Shown here: piece by piece, positions 8,746-17,241 of the stretch | How the letters are laid out: every line of letters starts with the position of its first letter | How positions within the stretch are numbered: position 1 is the first letter of the stretch | NCBI GenBank assembly: GCA_016188495.1 | Contig: JACPHU010000028.1 | Coordinates: 38,325 to 102,324, forward strand | From: Candidatus Uhrbacteria bacterium | GTDB taxonomy: Bacteria > Patescibacteriota > Patescibacteriia > UBA9934 > GWF2-40-263 | Reading direction: 5' to 3' | Length of the DNA stretch: 64,000 nt | The notes under the pieces: model-generated | What the model saw: only the letters and a program-made list of their open reading frames with translations | Database searches by the model: none | Told to the model about the DNA's origin: nothing | Program-made: the position numbers and the translations under genes

Positions 8746-9318
8746 ATGAAACGCCCTGCTGTTTTTCAACAAATTCAAAAAAGTTATCAAACGCACAGTA
8801 AAGCTCGCCGAGAGACAATGGTTCATTCAAATGAGGCGTTGAGTAAATCAAAACGAGCCATCTTCGCTCTTCATCGAAATGATTTTACGCAGGCGCGTCA
8901 GTGCCTGAGTGAGGCTCAAGCCTTATTCAAATCGTGTGAAGCTTCCTTTCGTTCTTTTCCTGAATTAAGAGAGGAGGGAACCTACCGTGCAGGCCTGGAA
9001 GAATATGCAGAAGCCTGTCTTTTCGAGAATTATCTTCAGAAAGGATCTCTGGGAAAAATCGATGCGCGTGCCATGACGCCTTCTATTTATTTTGCGGGCT
9101 TGTGTGATGCCACAGGAGAGATGGTTCGCTATGCCGTGCGCCAGGTTACACTGGGTCACCCAGAGGTTGTCAGCCAAATTCATGAAACCGTGAGCATGGT
9201 GATCGAGTTTCTTTTGGATTTGGATTTGACGGGGTATCTGCGAACAAAATTCGATCAAGCCAAAAAGAACCTCAGTCGATTGGAAGAGATGTCCTATGAT
9301 TTGGCTATTCGTAGATAA
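8746..9318 (+). CDS. Translin/TRAX-family protein
   Basis: SKRAIFALHR, EEYAEA, YFAGLCDATGEMVR pattern of the translin family. Confidence 0.75.
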   Translation: MKRPAVFQQIQKSYQTHSKARRETMVHSNEALSKSKRAIFALHRNDFTQARQCLSEAQALFKSCEASFRSFPELREEGTYRAGLEEYAEACLFENYLQKGSLGKIDARAMTPSIYFAGLCDATGEMVRYAVRQVTLGHPEVVSQIHETVSMVIEFLLDLDLTGYLRTKFDQAKKNLSRLEEMSYDLAIRR

Positions 9319-9323
9319 CCTCT

Positions 9324-9992
9324 ATGCACGCTCACGATCAGAATTATCCGTGGATCTTTCATCGCGATGAAATCGATTTGTTAGAAGATGAGTTGGAAGA
9401 TCTGTATGAAACCTATGGTCGCGACACAGGATCCTCCAAGACGTTTGAGTCAGCGATCTTGTCTGAACAAATGGAAACAGAGGAACGGTCAGAGGCTCAG
9501 TTATCCCGTCGATTAGGCTTTGATTTTTTTCAAAAAATTTCGGAATCTTCCCCTTTTTCTTTTTCAGAAGAATCTCAACATCCTAAAGAAGATCCCCATC
9601 AACAAACCGAGTTCATTCGAAGTCATCCTCTGTATCAAAAAGCCAAGATCTGGGCGGCGTCCTTGCGCAGTGTGACCAAACAAAAGTATCAGGAGCGCGG
9701 TCCCTATGCGAGCGAATATTTTCGCATTTACGCAAATCTGAACTTGATTCCGTTAAAAATTTTTACGGCCTTAAGCGAGGAGCTCCATGAAGACCGGGTT
9801 GGATTTGAAGTGGCAAAAGAGGCGTATGAGTTGGGTCTCATCTATCTTGATCGTGTTCGCGAGTCTTTGGGGTTGGTGGGTTTTGGCGCAGAAGAAGGAG
9901 AATGGTTTGAGGAGCGTTTAAAAGAGACGTATCAGATGCAACACCTCATTGCATCGGAGTTAAATGAGCTAAAGCGTCGAAGAGGTCTCTAA
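9324..9992 (+). CDS. Hypothetical acidic, helical protein
   Basis: 222 aa ORF in operon spacing between translin and murD. Confidence 0.7.
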   Translation: MHAHDQNYPWIFHRDEIDLLEDELEDLYETYGRDTGSSKTFESAILSEQMETEERSEAQLSRRLGFDFFQKISESSPFSFSEESQHPKEDPHQQTEFIRSHPLYQKAKIWAASLRSVTKQKYQERGPYASEYFRIYANLNLIPLKIFTALSEELHEDRVGFEVAKEAYELGLIYLDRVRESLGLVGFGAEEGEWFEERLKETYQMQHLIASELNELKRRRGL

Positions 9993-10047
9993 AAAAAATA
10001 GGTGTGTTACAATAAAATCAAGTTTATTTATAGATAATGGAAACGCT

Positions 10048-11529
10048 ATGCCACTAGATCTCTCCTCTATTCAAACGTTTCAGGATGCGACCGTCACTGT
10101 CATGGGATTGGGACGCTACAAAAAGGGAAGCGGTATTGGCGCGGCTAAGTGGCTCATGCGTCACGGAGCCCAGATCGTCATTACGGATTTAAAAGACGAA
10201 AATGAACTCCGCGAATCTATCGATGAGATCATGTATTGGTATACGCAGTATCGCCAGATGGATAAAAGCCATGATATCTATCAGCCGATCTTTGTTTTAG
10301 GTAAACATGATGCTGACAACTTTACGAATGTCGATTTAGTCCTCCAAAATCCTGGGGTACCCCGTGAATCAGAATTTGTTCAGCTTGCCAAAAACCAAGG
10401 TATTCGCGTCGAGTCCGATATCTCTTTATTTTTCCGTTACTGTCCCTTTCCCATTTTCTCCATTACAGGAACTCGTGGAAAATCAACGACCACCGCATTG
10501 CTTGGAGAAATGTTGAAGCACAAACATCCAAAAACCGTTGTGGCAGGAAATATCACTCGTTCTCCGTTGGAAGATTTAGATTGGTTGTTAGAAGAACGTG
10601 AACCGGTTCCTATTGTCCTTGAATTGTCTTCCTGGCTTTTGGAGTCTTTGGAAGGGTTAAAGCTTGGTCCTCAGATTGCTTTGCTCACCAATGCTTACAA
10701 AGATCATCTCGACCGTTATCCCTCCTTTGAGGCGTATGTGGCTGCCAAAGAGCTTATTTTCCAGGAACAAAACCAGGACCAGGCGGCAATTCTCAATGCC
10801 GATCAGGAAATCATGCATGAAATCGCCTCACGTATTCCTTCAAAGCATCTTTATTGGTTTTCAAACGCGTTTTTACCAGAAGGTGCGCAAGGCGTGTATA
10901 CACAACAGGATTCATTGGTCCGACGCATGCAAGGACAAGAAACTGTTTTTGCTCACGTGCACGATTTAAAATTAGGAGGAGATCATAATGTGATGAATGC
11001 GTTGTCCGCCTCCCTTGCCGCTCATCTGGCAGGAGTCTCAGATCAGGATATACATGAAACACTGAAAACATTTGCAGGTCTTCCTGGACGCCAAGAGATT
11101 TTGGGCGAACTCGAAGGCGTGTTATTTGTAAACGATACAACTGCCACCTCTCCTGAAGGCGTTATGGCGGCTTTGGCACGATTTGGAAGAGGAGGAAACG
11201 TCATCTTGCTTTGTGGCGGAAGCTCTAAAGGTCTTTCTTTTACCGAATTGGGAAAGATGATTGGGGAACAATGTAAGTTCGTTGTGGTGTTTGAGGGAAC
11301 GGCCGCAGCAGATATGGAAGAAGCCATTGGGGACAGTGCTCCCTCTGCGCGCGCGAATTCAATGGAAGAAGCCGTGGGTCTTGCTTATAAGAATGCAAAA
11401 TTAGGCGATGTCGTCTTGTTGTCACCTGGAACCTCCAGCTTCGGTATTTTTAAAAACGAATTTGACCGAGGAGATCAGTTTAAAGCCCAGTTTCAGAAGT
11501 TGGGAGGGGAGATTGTAGTAACAGAGTGA
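10048..11529 (+). CDS. murD: UDP-N-acetylmuramoylalanine-D-glutamate ligase
   Basis: QNPGVP, ITGTRGKSTT, LELSSW, DHLDRY, FVNDTTAT, LLSPG..SF..F..EFDRG. Confidence 0.93.
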   Translation: MPLDLSSIQTFQDATVTVMGLGRYKKGSGIGAAKWLMRHGAQIVITDLKDENELRESIDEIMYWYTQYRQMDKSHDIYQPIFVLGKHDADNFTNVDLVLQNPGVPRESEFVQLAKNQGIRVESDISLFFRYCPFPIFSITGTRGKSTTTALLGEMLKHKHPKTVVAGNITRSPLEDLDWLLEEREPVPIVLELSSWLLESLEGLKLGPQIALLTNAYKDHLDRYPSFEAYVAAKELIFQEQNQDQAAILNADQEIMHEIASRIPSKHLYWFSNAFLPEGAQGVYTQQDSLVRRMQGQETVFAHVHDLKLGGDHNVMNALSASLAAHLAGVSDQDIHETLKTFAGLPGRQEILGELEGVLFVNDTTATSPEGVMAALARFGRGGNVILLCGGSSKGLSFTELGKMIGEQCKFVVVFEGTAAADMEEAIGDSAPSARANSMEEAVGLAYKNAKLGDVVLLSPGTSSFGIFKNEFDRGDQFKAQFQKLGGEIVVTE

Positions 11530-11542
11530 TTGATCCTTCTCT

Positions 11543-11588
11543 AATATTCCCTGAGCGGAGGTTTGTTCGACAAACCGGAGTCGAAGGG
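11543..11588 (+). repeat. REP-like element family R, copy 1
   Basis: ATATTCCCTGAGC-[hairpin]-AGTCGAAGGG, 4 copies in the window. Confidence 0.85.
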
Positions 11589-11655
11589 TTATGTGATTTG
11601 AAACAAAAAATAGCCTTTTGTGAGGCTATTTTTTGTTTTTGGTATGCCATCCATA

Positions 11656-11684
11656 TTGACAAAATGTCAAAAAAAGAGTAGTTT
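11656..11684 (+). promoter_or_regulatory. Promoter TTGACA-17-TAGTTT with palindrome TTGACA-AAA-TGTCAA
   Basis: Preceded by a terminator-like hairpin (~11605-11634), followed by AGGAGA SD. Confidence 0.7.
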
Positions 11685-11737
11685 CTTTAGTCGACTTAGA
11701 TGTTCTCAATGTAACGGATTTAAAAGAAGGAGAAAAC

Positions 11738-12562
11738 GTGGAAGAGATCATTTTTGGACTTACAAAATGGATTCCTATAAGTTTTTATAACGTTCTTTTT
11801 TTCACCGTATTCTTTTTTGGACAGGGTCGACGAATAAAGTTTGTTCTAGTTACCTTGGCGTTTGCTGGTTCAGCAGTCTATGCCATGAAGTTCGGTTATT
11901 ATCTTGGGCATGGAAATAAGCTGCTTTATCCATTCGTGATAGAACAGGAGCCAAAGTTAGTCCTCTATATCATCACGTTCTTCTTTTGGGGAATTTTGTT
12001 TGTGACCCAACTCAACTATCGTCAACCCTCTAAACCTCAAAAGGTTTTTTCCTTTGATGCAGAAACCAATGGCTTGTGGGGTCAGCCCTTTGCCATCGGT
12101 GCCATTATCTACAATGAGGAGGGGGTTGAGACTGCTCGATTTGTCGGCCGGTGTCCCATTGTGGGAGAGGTTGACCGTTGGGTGGAGGAGAATGTCCTTC
12201 CTCAGATCATCGATATTTCTGAATCTTACGAGAACTATGAGGCACTTCTTGTGGATTTTGCCCAGTTTTACTTAACCCATCAGAAAGATGATGTGGATGT
12301 GCTGGTCCATATGGGCTACGTGATCGAAGCTCGGATTTTCCGTGACATGCACGATCGCGGCCTTATCGGGGATTGGCAGGCTCCTTATCCCTTGCATGAC
12401 GTGAGTGGAAATCTTCAGGCAGCTGGGGAGGATCCAACGTCTGTAGGGAAATATCTTGCTAAGAAGCGGCTCAACGCAGGTTCTTTTGCTGGAGGGTTCC
12501 ACAATCCGCTGTATGACTGTGCCGCTGCCGCTGTCGCGTATCGCCATCTTCAGGGATGGTAA
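11738..12562 (+). CDS. Membrane-anchored DEDDh (DnaQ-like) 3'-5' exonuclease
   Basis: Three N-terminal TM helices, then FSFDAETNG (ExoI) and HNPLYDC (ExoIII). Confidence 0.7.
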   Translation: MEEIIFGLTKWIPISFYNVLFFTVFFFGQGRRIKFVLVTLAFAGSAVYAMKFGYYLGHGNKLLYPFVIEQEPKLVLYIITFFFWGILFVTQLNYRQPSKPQKVFSFDAETNGLWGQPFAIGAIIYNEEGVETARFVGRCPIVGEVDRWVEENVLPQIIDISESYENYEALLVDFAQFYLTHQKDDVDVLVHMGYVIEARIFRDMHDRGLIGDWQAPYPLHDVSGNLQAAGEDPTSVGKYLAKKRLNAGSFAGGFHNPLYDCAAAAVAYRHLQGW

Positions 12563-12576
12563 TCAATATTACGTTT

Positions 12577-12614
12577 AAACCAATGAGTTCTTAAAAGGGA
12601 TTCGTTGGTTTTTT
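12577..12614 (+). terminator. Intrinsic terminator
   Basis: AAACCAATGAGTTC..GGATTCGTTGGTTTTTT. Confidence 0.7.
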
Positions 12615-12688
12615 GTTTATCTGTAGTGGATAGCAGATTTATTTGAGAGAAAATGGCTTAAAATAAGCTTATTTTTTGTTTTATTCTA

Positions 12689-12717
12689 TTGACAAAATGC
12701 CTAAAATATGGTATATT
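12689..12717 (+). promoter_or_regulatory. Promoter TTGACA(AAATG)-17-TATATT heading the accessory array
   Basis: Consensus hexamers, extended -10 TGn. Confidence 0.7.
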
Positions 12718-12875
12718 TTCTGTACATTTTTGGGAGAGAGACGTGATCGCCACACGACCCGCCACAAGGCAAAAGGCGAAGAAATCGGTGTTTTGGATAC
12801 ACTCTCTTGCCGAGAATTGTCTAGAATATCGGTTTTTGTTTTGTTCTTAAAAATTTTGATGAGAAAGGATTGGCC

Positions 12876-13239
12876 ATGTCGAAGGTTTTTCTTTTCGGTG
12901 ACTTCGGGAATGAAGGATGTTCTTCAGCTAGAGCAGATACTTCGGATGCGTGACATCGAGGTACAGCGAACCGAAGATCCTGGGAATGTGTCCGGGTTCT
13001 GTATTGTTTGTTTCTCTGCAGATTTCCAGAGCGGCGATTTCGCTGAGAGACTTCGAGTAAGGCAGTTGAACGGAGGAAATTTGAAACTCGTTCCTGTCGT
13101 ATTGACAGGGGGAGTTGTATCGTCGTTTCTGAAGCATCTGTTTCGGGTGGATTTGTCCGAAGGAGCCGAGAGTTCTCGTTTTGTTTCTACGGATCCGGAA
13201 CTGTTCATCCTGTCAATTACCGGCGTTCGTCGTCGGTAG
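12876..13239 (+). pseudogene. TIR-like domain gene with apparent +1 frameshift near 12909 (or a short CDS from ATG 12910)
   Basis: SD GAAAGGA + ATG 12876 gives MSKVFLFGDFG, which is out of frame with KDVLQLEQIL..CIVCFSADF..LVPVVL..FLKHLFRVDLS (TIR-like pattern). Confidence 0.4.
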
Positions 13240-13254
13240 AGTCTTTATCCATAA

Positions 13255-13397
13255 ACGGGCCTCCCTGCCCATTGCCCTTGTTCCTCAGTGAAGGATTGTT
13301 CCGCGAGAGCGCAGAGGGAAGTCAGCATAGCTGGCCGAGCAGGGTGGGAAATGCCAACAGATGTTGGCCATGTGCGACCGCAAGGCGCACAACCCGT
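13255..13397 (+). ncRNA. Putative multi-stem structured leader RNA upstream of the helicase
   Basis: Closing stem ACGGG/CCCGT, CCCTGC/GCAGGG, hairpins with GAGA and GCAA tetraloops, GCCAAC/GTTGGC. Confidence 0.45.
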
Positions 13398-13413
13398 GTC
13401 TCGTAGGAGAAAC

Positions 13414-15495
13414 ATGTTCCATCGTGTTGTTGTGATCGCTCCGACTCGGAGCACCTGCGTCAATATTCACACTGTTCTGTCCAACGGTTCCATTCCGCCG
13501 ACTCTCCTCGTTCGCGAGAAGGGTGTGGAACTCTCTGATGCCGTCGCTCATCTCCACGAAGGTGGATTTGGGGTGGTGGCAGGGACCGGAACCGGTAAGA
13601 CAGTCGCAATCAGAAAGATCTGCTCGGACGTTCTGGGAACGGAGCTGCTCATTGACGTGGTGACACGTGAACATGAAGCCACGGAAAAAACGTGGCGTTG
13701 CAATGTTCTCGTCGTTACTCCCGGCGTGGCCCTCAACTGGCTCAAGGCTGGTCGAATCACGGCTGAGGACTTGATCGTTATCGACGAGATCCACCAGACC
13801 TCCGAGCACCTGGAGCTGTCCATGGCTCTGGGGAAGCTCGAGAAGGAAGGGGCGAAGACTGGTTGCACTTTCGTCTGGATGTCGGCGACCATCGACCCCG
13901 CGACCTATCGGGGGTACCTCAACGCCAGGACGGTGATCTCCTGTGATGCCTTCGATCCAAGTCGTAGGGCAAAGGTCGAAGTACTGTATGCGGGTGTTCA
14001 AGAGTATCTCGAAGGGGAACTCAAGAACATCCAACAGGAACAGCGGTCGGTGGCGGTGTTCGTACCGACTCGTGCCCTCGCGGAGAAACTATCTCGCGAA
14101 CTAGGAGGACGGGGAGTTCATACGGACTTCTATCACGGAGGCGAGTCCGCCGAGAAGCTCCGCCCATTCCTGACCGGCAATGTACCGCGGCCGTTCATGG
14201 TATTCATGACGATCGCGGGCGCATCGAGCCTCAACATTCTCGGACTGGACACTGTTGTCATCGTTGACCAATGGTTTACCGAAGTAATTCGGGATGGAGG
14301 AAGGAAATCTCTCGAGAAGCTCTATCTCGGAGATAACGAACTTCTCCAGATGGGAGGGCGAGTAAATGGTCGAGCCGTCAACGGCAAGATCGTGATCCTC
14401 TCCAATCGTCAGGTGGACTTCCACAGTCTCAAGCCCGTGGCCCCCCAGTTCGTTCTTGGAGGAGATCTCGAGAATACGGCACTGATCTGTGCCCGTCTGG
14501 GGATCGATGCTCGTAATCTCGACCTGATCGGAAAGATCGATCATAAGGCGTATGCCCGCGTGGTCGAACGGTTCCGTCAGCGAGGATTGCTGGTCGTCAA
14601 CGGTGAGATCCATCTCACGGCTCTGGGTGAACATGTCGAAAAGCTGCCTGTCGAGCCTCATTGGGGGGAGATGTTGGTGGCGGCTGAGGACGTCGGGGAT
14701 CGTAAACTCTTCAATCTGATTACGGTTGTTGCCTCCTGTGGACAGCTGTACCAGATGCACCGGAAGGAATGGAATCGATTCTCCGGTGTGTGCGTGAGGG
14801 GGTCCGACCACCTCACGGCCTACAATATCGTGGTTCAGGCTTTGAACCAGTTCGGGTCTATCCGACAAAGCCGTGAAGGTCGTGAAAGCGAGTACACCCT
14901 TCGTGGGGACTGGTATCGAGGCCCTGATAACAAGGGGGAGTTCGCAGAGTGGTGTGACAAGAACGGGTTCGTCGGTAAGGAGATCAAGAACGTTCTCCTG
15001 TCTATGAAATCCATTTTTCGCACGCTCCAGATGCCTCTCCCCAAACCTGAGGAGTTCGAGGTTGTGACACTGGACTCAGAGGCTCACAAGTCCTTTGTCG
15101 GTCTTCTGGCAAAAGTCCAGTCTCTCGAGTTCGTCCGTGGAGAACAGAACTCTTTTGCTGGCACCGTTTGGGCCACGCAGGGAGGTATGTCCTCGACTTC
15201 GCAGACTCTCGGTTCCATTCGGTTCTGGAAGGATAAGAGGGGGTATCTGCGTGCCAGTATGGAAGGGACGGAAATCCCAACCGACCTGGTGCAGAAGCAC
15301 TCTTTCAAAACTCCAGAGAATCTGAAGGGAATGATCCAGGACGGAGATCGTTTCCAGATTAGTTACTCCGCGACCTTTGCGGGGGAGAAGATCAATCCGA
15401 TCGAGCGGGAGCTTGATCCGGATGACGTCCCAGAAGCCTGGCAGAGCGAGCTTCCGAGTCACTTCGCCTCCTGGCTGGCGAGCCAGATGGTTTGA
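13414..15495 (+). CDS. DExH-box SF2 helicase, HrpA/HrpB-like (N-terminal/core part)
   Basis: GTGTGKT, TPG, DEIH, SAT, VFVPTR, QMGGRVNGR, LTALG..LPVEP (HA2-like), SDHLT; SD AGGAGA before ATG 13414. Confidence 0.85.
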   Translation: MFHRVVVIAPTRSTCVNIHTVLSNGSIPPTLLVREKGVELSDAVAHLHEGGFGVVAGTGTGKTVAIRKICSDVLGTELLIDVVTREHEATEKTWRCNVLVVTPGVALNWLKAGRITAEDLIVIDEIHQTSEHLELSMALGKLEKEGAKTGCTFVWMSATIDPATYRGYLNARTVISCDAFDPSRRAKVEVLYAGVQEYLEGELKNIQQEQRSVAVFVPTRALAEKLSRELGGRGVHTDFYHGGESAEKLRPFLTGNVPRPFMVFMTIAGASSLNILGLDTVVIVDQWFTEVIRDGGRKSLEKLYLGDNELLQMGGRVNGRAVNGKIVILSNRQVDFHSLKPVAPQFVLGGDLENTALICARLGIDARNLDLIGKIDHKAYARVVERFRQRGLLVVNGEIHLTALGEHVEKLPVEPHWGEMLVAAEDVGDRKLFNLITVVASCGQLYQMHRKEWNRFSGVCVRGSDHLTAYNIVVQALNQFGSIRQSREGRESEYTLRGDWYRGPDNKGEFAEWCDKNGFVGKEIKNVLLSMKSIFRTLQMPLPKPEEFEVVTLDSEAHKSFVGLLAKVQSLEFVRGEQNSFAGTVWATQGGMSSTSQTLGSIRFWKDKRGYLRASMEGTEIPTDLVQKHSFKTPENLKGMIQDGDRFQISYSATFAGEKINPIERELDPDDVPEAWQSELPSHFASWLASQMV

Positions 15496-15572
15496 CCCAT
15501 ACGGAGATCTGAGGACTCCTAAACAATTCCTCATCAAACGTTCCCAAGCTGCACACGCAAGCGGCTTGGGAT

Positions 15573-15691
15573 TTCAACTGGAAGACTGATTCGATCGGTC
15601 TCCTGAGAAGTCAAAACCTCGAATATTCCCTGAGCGAGGAGTTCTCGACGAGTCGAAGGGGAAATATTCGTCAATGTTCTTTAAAACAATC
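15573..15691 (+). repeat. Direct repeat A, copy 1 (hairpin + R element 15623-15660 + boxA-like TGTTCTTTAAAA)
   Basis: TTCAACTGGAAGACTGA..TCGGTCTCCTGAGAAG..CGAATATTCCCTGAGC..GTCGAAGGGG aligns with 17102-17229. Confidence 0.85.
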
Positions 15692-15717
15692 CGTGAAAGC
15701 GGAAGAAGGAGAAAGAA

Positions 15718-16473
15718 ATGGTTGAGATTCAAACGATTCTTTCTGTAGAGATGGATGAGTGTGTGGAAACAGGAATGTCTTTCAAGGCTCTTCGAGGAAT
15801 TATCCGTGAATATACCGGTGAAGAATTGCCGGTGTGTCCGGATGTTCAAGATCCAGTCTATTTCTATCATGAGGAGACGGGCAATCCTATGCTCCTCACT
15901 GAGGATCTTAATTGTGGAGAGATCCGTGGAGAGCAGAAACGAGGGGTTCAGATCGGAAGTTTGCTCCTCGTTATTTCAGAAGAGAATGGGTGTGCGGATG
16001 AATGGACTCTTACGTCACCGATTCTCTCGTTTCTTTCCGTCTACCTCCTTCCCGACACTTCTACTTTCAACACTCCTGCGAAGGAGAAGGTTGTGACAAA
16101 GATCGACGATCTCGACCTCATCGGACAGGTTGTTCGTGAGAGGATCTGGATCGAGGAGGATCCGGACAACCAGTATTTCAGTGTTCCTCCGGAGGAGGGT
16201 GTGCAGATGTGGACCGAGGAGGAGGCGAGAGTCTTTTTCGTCTTTGGATTTCAGATCGAACTCCCTCCCGACACCCATCCCTGGGGTTTCTCGACTCAGG
16301 TGGGGGATCTGGGTCCAGATCCCATTGACGTTGACGTTGTTGTCTTTTGGGACGGTGACGGCACGGCGATCATTCGTCTGCGAAAGGAGGGGTGTGAGAA
16401 TATCACCCTCATAAACAGGGATTGTAAGAAGGATTACGGGTGGAAAAAGATAGGAGTCAACGATGATGTTTGA
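15718..16473 (+). CDS. Hypothetical acidic protein
   Basis: 251 aa ORF with AGGAGA SD. Confidence 0.75.
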   Translation: MVEIQTILSVEMDECVETGMSFKALRGIIREYTGEELPVCPDVQDPVYFYHEETGNPMLLTEDLNCGEIRGEQKRGVQIGSLLLVISEENGCADEWTLTSPILSFLSVYLLPDTSTFNTPAKEKVVTKIDDLDLIGQVVRERIWIEEDPDNQYFSVPPEEGVQMWTEEEARVFFVFGFQIELPPDTHPWGFSTQVGDLGPDPIDVDVVVFWDGDGTAIIRLRKEGCENITLINRDCKKDYGWKKIGVNDDV

Positions 16474-16813
16474 GACTGCGCTTCAGTTCCTTATTCCCTA
16501 CATGGGATGGGGGATCGTGATCCTTGCCGTGATGATCGTGTTGGATGTGATCCTCACGATTCATCGGAGCCATGGAATGTTCGACCTGGAATGCCAGGCC
16601 GAGCGGATCAACGAGGACTTTGATGAGTTGGAAAAGACTCATGGCCTCGTCCGGTCCCGATGGAGGGGTCGCCTGAAATTGTTCCTCTACGTTTGCGCCT
16701 GGCCGATCGTGGTCGGGCGATGGCTCAAAGTGACTTATTACGGCGAGACAACGTTTGTTGAGAAGATTCTCGCCGGGGCTAAGAAAAAAATCAAAGAGAA
16801 GAAAGGGGAGTAA
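16463..16813 (+). CDS. Hypothetical 2-TM protein
   Basis: AGGAG SD, coupled to the upstream gene. Confidence 0.7.
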   Translation: MMFETALQFLIPYMGWGIVILAVMIVLDVILTIHRSHGMFDLECQAERINEDFDELEKTHGLVRSRWRGRLKLFLYVCAWPIVVGRWLKVTYYGETTFVEKILAGAKKKIKEKKGE

Positions 16814-17041
16814 ATGATAATGTTTTTGTTCATCCTGGTACTGCTTGGATTTTTCGACGGTTTGTCTGGATCTCAGGCAAGCTGGCTGATGATCAAGTTC
16901 GCACTGTTCTACTGGGTTGTGGAACTGGTCCTGGATATTACGATCGGAGATCGATTCAGGACTTGGTACAAAACGACCCGTTTGCATGGATTTTTAGTAG
17001 GAGTTCTGAAGAAAAATTTCGGGGATCATAGGATCCCATAA
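16814..17041 (+). CDS. Small hypothetical membrane protein
   Basis: GGGGAG SD, starts immediately after the upstream stop. Confidence 0.6.
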   Translation: MIMFLFILVLLGFFDGLSGSQASWLMIKFALFYWVVELVLDITIGDRFRTWYKTTRLHGFLVGVLKKNFGDHRIP

Positions 17042-17101
17042 CGGCTTTCGAGTCTGCATAGCGGCGGGCTCGGAGGTGGCGAGGGATTACACTCTCGCCG
17101 C

Positions 17102-17229
17102 TTCAATTGGAAGACTGAGAAAATCTCGGTTTCCTGAGAAGGTTAAATATCCGAATATTCCCTGAGCGGAGGCTCGTCAGACGAGCCGAAGTCGAAGGGG
17201 AGATATTCACCAACGTTCCTCAAATAATC
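17102..17229 (+). repeat. Direct repeat A, copy 2 (contains R element ~17155-17199)
   Basis: TTCAATTGGAAGACTGA..TCGGTTTCCTGAGAAG..CGAATATTCCCTGAGC..GTCGAAGGGG. Confidence 0.85.
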
Positions 17230-17241
17230 AGGAGGTTCTCC

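Noticed and set aside
15601-15660. TPP riboswitch or hammerhead in repeat A (CTGAGAAG)
   Set aside because: Lacks the ACCTGAT..TAAT TPP core and the CTGANGA..GAAA hammerhead core
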